DNA of 64,000 bases. It comes from the human T2T-CHM13v2.0 reference genome, Homo sapiens. The DNA is taken from assembly GCF_009914755.1 (NCBI RefSeq), contig NC_060935.1, one strand, 5' to 3'. The notes below the pieces were generated by a model. That model was given only the letters and a program-made list of their open reading frames with translations. It did no database searches and had not been told where the DNA came from. Of the stretch, positions 58,662 through 64,000 are shown one piece after another. Position 1 is the first letter of the stretch; the number at the start of each line of letters is the position of its first letter. The position numbers and the translations under genes were made by a program.

Positions 58662-58732
58662 GTGCATGTGTGTGTGTGCACGCATGCGTGTGTTGTGTGT
58701 GCATGCATGCGTGTGCAGATGTGTGTGTGTAT
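58662..58732. repeat. (TG)n/(TGCA)n purine-pyrimidine tract
   Basis: Seen directly. Confidence 0.85.
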
Positions 58733-59644
58733 CAGGATTTAAGTTACAGGATATTAAAGGGGGAGTATAAATAAATTTAGAAAAAAAAGAATAACATTAC
58801 CCAAAGACAAAAAAAAAGGGACTTTGTGTATTATTCTAGGCAACAGGCTAGGATGCTTTACCCTTTTATGCTGGAATTAATTTATATCTTTCCTGTTATC
58901 AATAACACAGTTTTTCTTTTGCTCTATTGTAACACTTCACAATCTTCCCTAAAAATTTTTATGCCTTTCTTTTCAATATTATTTATGCTTTGAATTATAG
59001 AAACTCTGTCTTGTCATTATTTCACCCATAATTCTATCTAGAGTATGTGCTCAAGTAACATTAGCTGTATTGAAACCGTTAACACTTAAAATTCCAGCAT
59101 CTATATACACGACTAACTCAAATGAATTAATAAGCAAATTTTGTATTCCATGTAAAAAAAGTAGCTATTCTTCACCAATACTTTGCCATTATTCATTATT
59201 AGCTTGTGATCAGATTCTAGAATGCTAACATTAAGATAAATATAAAGCTTTTATGTCATCATAAGAATTGATTTATGACCAAATGTTTACTTTTGCCTTT
59301 ATTTTAAATTCAGTTTGATGTTCGCATGACAAAAATTGAATTATAGATATTAAGCTCCAATGATCATTTTTATTGACTAATAGCATTGGATATGTATTTA
59401 GAATAAATCTTCAAAAGATAGAGTTATTGACCATTGAAAAATATTTCTAAAATATGATTAGTAAGCTATACTATAAAAGTAATTTTTTTTTAACTAAAGG
59501 CATTGGGGGGGTGGCTCTTGACAGTCACTGTGACTCAGTGGTCAGCACTTGAGCCATTTTTGGGTAACTTGAACGTATCCAATATCTGGAAAGTCTTATA
59601 ATGAAAACTTCTGGCCAAATAAAATCAAACTTGCATCTAACAAG

Positions 59645-59876
59645 TATCAATGGCTAAATTTATTAAGTAAATTGTTAAAATATCTAATAAGTATGAAAAG
59701 TATAGTGCATTGAGCAAATATAATGTATCTCTCACGTCATTTTCTTCTCATACACAAGCCATTTATCAATGGGTAAATTTATTAAGTAAATTGCTAAAAT
59801 ATCTAAAAAGTATGAAAAGTGTAGTGCGTTGAGCAAATATAAATGTATCTCTCAATGTCATTTTCTTCTCATACAC
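59645..59876. repeat. Tandem duplication, period ~119 bp
   Basis: Copies at 59645-59755 and 59764-59876, with about 8-9 differences. Confidence 0.95.
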
Positions 59877-60584
59877 CAGGTAGCAAACGTTCTCTCACTA
59901 GAATTGGCCTAGTCAATGTTTCAGGTCAAGAATATTTGTTGCCATCTTCTTATTTTTTTCTGGATGTTTGCATGGGCTTTTAAACTCTACTTAACAATTA
60001 CAAAAACTTCTATCTCTGCCTAAATGTTCTCTTTTTCTTTTATTTGACACTCTTTGCAGTGTACTCTTTTCTCTTTTGAAATGTGTCTCCCTGAAACAGC
60101 TACACTGTCCTTCAGCAGCACTCACCAAGAAGTACACTAGAAACCAAACAAGTATGTTCAGGTTTATCAGGATTTTAAATTTATATCTTAAAATGATCTC
60201 TTTATATTTTCTTCTGCGGTATACTCTGAGATCCTTGAGAGCAGAGATATGTTATTTTACTCACTAAAACATGGCTGGGCCTTGAGTTAGATAAGATTTA
60301 CTAGCTGTGCGATCTTGAAGACAGGGTTTCTGGTACCTATGATTTATTGAGGGAGTACTCTCAGAAGAATGAAAATAAAGGATGTATGACAGAGCATCCT
60401 TTATTTGTAAGGAAAGATGTTCCTTCCTTACAAGGATAAGTTTGTAAGTAAGCATGTGTTCTCAGTTGGAATCTGGAACATAAATATAACCACTTAAAAC
60501 AAGAGAGCCTGCCATAAGTTAGTCCTTAGCTATCGACTATCTGTGGGGAGAGAGGAAGGATGTTTTAAAGTAGGGTGGATAGCT

Positions 60585-60730
60585 GGATTAGCTCATGTCT
60601 TCCGTAAATCAGGCACCAAGATGGGATTAGACACATAGATAAGTATTAGTAAGAAAGTCTTTGAGAGAAAATGGAAAGAAGTTCTGACCTTTGTGAACAA
60701 AAAGAAAAATGGAAGAAAAGTTGGGAGACA
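60585..60730 (-). mobile_element. LTR16-like ERVL LTR fragment
   Basis: CAGGCACCAAGATGGGATTAGAC..TCTGACCTTTGTGAA resembles LTR16-family sequence. Confidence 0.35.
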
Positions 60731-60788
60731 TGACAACTAAATATAATGTATCCTGGAAGAGAAAAAGGCCTGTAGGTTAAAAATTAAG

Positions 60789-61563
60789 TATATTATTCCC
60801 ACGGCTGCTGTAAGAAATAACCATTAATTTAGTGTCTTAAGAATGCATTAATTTATTTTCTTATAATTCTGTAATCCGTAAGTCCAAAATTAATCGAACT
60901 GAACTAAAATTATGATTTTGGCAAAGCTGCATTCTTTTCTAGAGACTCTAGGGAATAATCTTTTTTATTGTCCTTTCTAGGTTTTAGAGATTGCCAACTC
61001 CTCATGGTTTGTGACCCTCCTTCTATCTTCCAAGCCAGAAGCCTTAAGTTGCATTCTCACATTGCATCATTCTAATCCCTTTATCTGCCTTCCTTTTCCA
61101 CATTTAAGAGACTTTGTGATTATGTTGGGCTCACTAGAGAATTCAGAACTGAATAATTGTGCCCTCCAATTTTCACATGTCAAAGCCTTACCCTGCATGG
61201 TTGGAAGATGGAGCCTCTGAGGAAGTACTTAAAGTTACATGAGGTAATAGGGGTGGTGCCTGATCTGATAAGATTAGTGCCATATAAGGAGAGATATCGA
61301 AGATCTCACTTTTGCTGTCTCTTTGCCAACATGCATGCACCTAGGAAAGGCCATGTGAGGACCCAGCGAGGAGGTGGCTATCTTTAAACCCAGAAGAGAG
61401 CTCACCAAATACTGAATCTGTGGACACTGCCATCATGGACTTCGAAATTCCAGCACTGTGAGAAAATGAACACCTGTTGATTAAGCCACTCAGTCCACCT
61501 AACCTGTGGTAATTTTAGAAATCTAAGAAGACTAATATAAGAAAAATTATTCTACCTATAACA
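60789..61563 (-). mobile_element. MLT1C/D-like MaLR LTR split by a + strand MLT1A/B
   Basis: GGCTGCTGTAAG..AAGTCCAAAAT..GTGATTATGTTGGGCTCAC to ~61148. The LTR 5' terminus ATTATTCTACCTATAACA follows at ~61546-61563. Confidence 0.6.
61149..61539 (+). mobile_element. MLT1A/MLT1B LTR
   Basis: GATTAGTGCCATATAAGGAGAGA, GGCCATGTGAGGAC and CCAGCACTGTGAGAAAAT..TAAGCCAC..GACTAATATA. Confidence 0.7.
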
Positions 61564-61579
61564 CCAAAAAAAATCTGAA

Positions 61580-61770
61580 TGAGATATGGAGTTTAGTTAA
61601 TAATTTATCAATCTTGGCCCATTAATTGTGACAAATGTACCATATCAATGGAAAATATTAATAAAAGCAGGATTTAGGTGTTAGTCATAGCAATTATCTG
61701 TGCACTTCAAGATTTCTCTCTAAATTTGAAACTATTCCAAAATTAAAAGTTCATTTTATTAAATAAAAAA
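61580..61770 (+). mobile_element. L1MC 3' terminus
   Basis: TTAGTTAATAAT..TTAATTGTGACAAATGTACCA..AAACTATTCCAAAATTAAAAGTT. Confidence 0.6.
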
Positions 61771-61919
61771 AGAACGTTGCAAGGATTAACTTTTTTCATT
61801 ATTACTTTTACTTTACAAAATTAAGTAGCATTTTTGTTTGCTTGTTTCACTTGTATTGTCAAAAGCGTAGTAAAGTTTAAGAGGGGTGTTTACAAACGAG
61901 GCTTATTAACAGAACTATC

Positions 61920-64000
61920 GGGAGGGAGGGGCTAAGATGGCTGACGAGAAGTGGCTCCGGTCTGCAGCTCTCACTGAAAAGAACAAATATGGCAAGTTAA
62001 CCCTGCACCTTCAGCTGAGGTATCCAGATTGTCTCATTGGAACTGGCTAGGCAGTTGGTGCGACCCACAGAGAGCAAGGAAAAGCAGGTTAGAGGGACAG
62101 CCCACCCAGGAGCCACACGGGGTAAGGGGAACTCCCGCCCCAAGCCAAGGGAGGCAGTGAGTGATTGTGCTACCCCTCCAGGGAAATCACACTTTTTCCA
62201 AGGATCTGTGCAACCCATGGATCAGATTTCCTCATGAGGTCATGTCACCAGGGCCTTTGGTCCCCAGCACAGAACTGTGCAGACTCTTGGCAGCCACTCA
62301 TGTTGCAGCCAGTGGCAGCACGCTGGAGGTGGCCTAAGATGACCGAGTTCCTGTGCGGAGGGGCAGCTGCCATCACTGCTGCTCCAGTCAGCCATTTTCC
62401 CCTGTCAGTGTCGGAGAGACTGGGCAGTTTGGACCAGGAGGAACTCCCCACAGTGCAGCACCGTGGCTATGACAGATCCTGGCCAGACTGTTTCCTTAGG
62501 TGAGACTCAGATCAATCCCTCGTCACTGGGCACGGCCTCCCTGTGGGAATTTCAGCAACTCCAGTCAGGAGTTTATGGGCAGAACTCTGATCCCTCAGGA
62601 TGGAGCCCCTGGGGAGAGGGGTGGCCACGGTCTTTGGTTCAGTGGACTTAGTCTTTCCCACCTGCTGGTTCTGAGGAATCTGGACAGTCCAGATGAGTGG
62701 GATTCCCTCCAGTGCAGCACGCCTGCTCGGCCAAGGAGCAGCCAGAATTCTTCTTTAAGTGGGTCCCTGATCCCGTGCCTCCTGACTGGGTGAGACCTCC
62801 CAACAGGAGTTGCCAGACACTTCACAGAGGGGAGTTCTGGCCAGCATCAGGTAGGTGCCCCTCTGGGACAGAGCTCCCAGAAGAAGCAGCAGGTAACCAT
62901 CTTTGCTGTTCTGCAGCCTCCACTGATGATACCTCCAGGTGCGGGAGAGACCCAGGTGAATAGGGTCTGGAGTGGAACCCCAGCAAACCACAGCAGCCCT
63001 GCAGAAGATGGGTCTGACTGTTAAAAGAAAATCAAGCAAACAGAAAGCAACAACAACAACATCAACAAAAAGACCCTACAAAAACCTCAAAGGTAAGCAG
63101 CCTCAACAATCAGAGGTAAATAAACCCACAAAGATGAGAATAAAATCAACACAAAAATGCTGAAAAGTCAAACACCAGAGTGCCTCTTCTCTTTCAAGTG
63201 ATCACAACACTTCTCCAGCAAGGGAACAGAACTGGGCTGAGGCTGAGATGGATGAATTGACAGAAGTAGGCTTCAAAAAGTGGGTAATAACAAACTTTGT
63301 TGAACTAAAGGAGTCTGTTCTAACCCAATACAGAGAAGCTAAGAACCGTGATAAAACATTACAGAACCTGCTAAGCAGAATAACCAGTTTAGAGAGGAAC
63401 ACAAATGACCTGATGGAGGTGAAAAACACAACACAAGAACTTCACAATGCAACCACAAGTATCAACAGCCAAATAGACCAAGCAGAGGAGAGAATCTCAG
63501 AGCTTGAAGATTATCTTGCTGAAATAAGACAGGTAGACAAGATTAGAAAAATAAGAATGAAAAGGAATGAAAAAACATTCAAGAATGATGGGATTGTGTA
63601 AGAAGACCAAACCTATGACTGATTGGGGTACCTGAAAGAGACAGGGACAATGGAATCAAATTGGAAACCATACTTCAGGATATCGTTGAGAACTCCCCCA
63701 ACCTAGTAAGATATGCTAGAATTCTGATTCAGGAAATCCAGAGAACCCCAGTAAGATACTCAAGAAGAACAACCCCAAGGCACATAATCATCAGATTTTC
63801 CAAGGTCAAAATGAAGTAAAAAATGTAAAGGGCAGTCAGAGAGAAAGACCAGAGCACCCACAAAGGGAAGGCCATCAAACTAACAACAGAACTCTCAGTG
63901 GAAACCCTACAAGCCAGAAGAGATCGGGGGGCCGATATTCAACATTCTTAAAGAAAAGAATTTCCAACCTAGAATTTCATATCCAAACAAAGTAAGCTTC
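61920..64000 (+). mobile_element. Old primate L1PA (PA8-PA13 range): 5' UTR and disrupted ORF1, continuing beyond the window
   Basis: Starts GGGAGGGGCTAAGATGGCTGAC, with a ~1.2-kb 5' UTR and the ORF1 ATG near 63134. ORF1 peptide MDELTEVGFKKWVITNF...QAEERISELED; frameshifts and stops are present. Confidence 0.9.

Noticed and set aside
63134-64000. L1 ORF1-like 117-aa ORF
   Set aside because: Frameshifted, stop-containing ORF1 of an old L1PA.

Overview
AT-rich catarrhine primate (probably human) genomic DNA that looks intronic or intergenic. I cannot support any protein-coding gene. The ORFs I can recognise are decayed L1 ORF1/ORF2, ERVL pol, Alu or MaLR frames, and the rest look like chance. 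A large part of the window is interspersed repeat. It holds nine Alus (4 AluY, 2 AluSp, 2 AluSc-like, 1 AluJ), a minus-strand L1PA7/8 with both ends and a ~1 kb internal deletion (19.9-25.2 kb), and the 5' part of another old L1PA that runs off the right edge. It also holds a nested stack of old L1M elements (12-19.5 kb), solo LTRs (THE1B, THE1C, MLT1, MLT2D), a degenerate ERVL internal segment, Tigger2 and MER5 DNA transposons, and many MIR/L2 fragments. The most notable signals are a tailless, 3'-truncated 5S rRNA retrocopy with a perfect 15-bp TSD, two AT-rich fold-back inverted repeats (42.9 and 49.9 kb), a ~119-bp tandem duplication, candidate recursive AG|GTAAG splice sites, and an unassigned GC-richer block at 46.2-47.0 kb. 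I see no evidence of a new multi-gene system. Subfamily names come from recalled consensus motifs, not from a search, and old-element boundaries are approximate.
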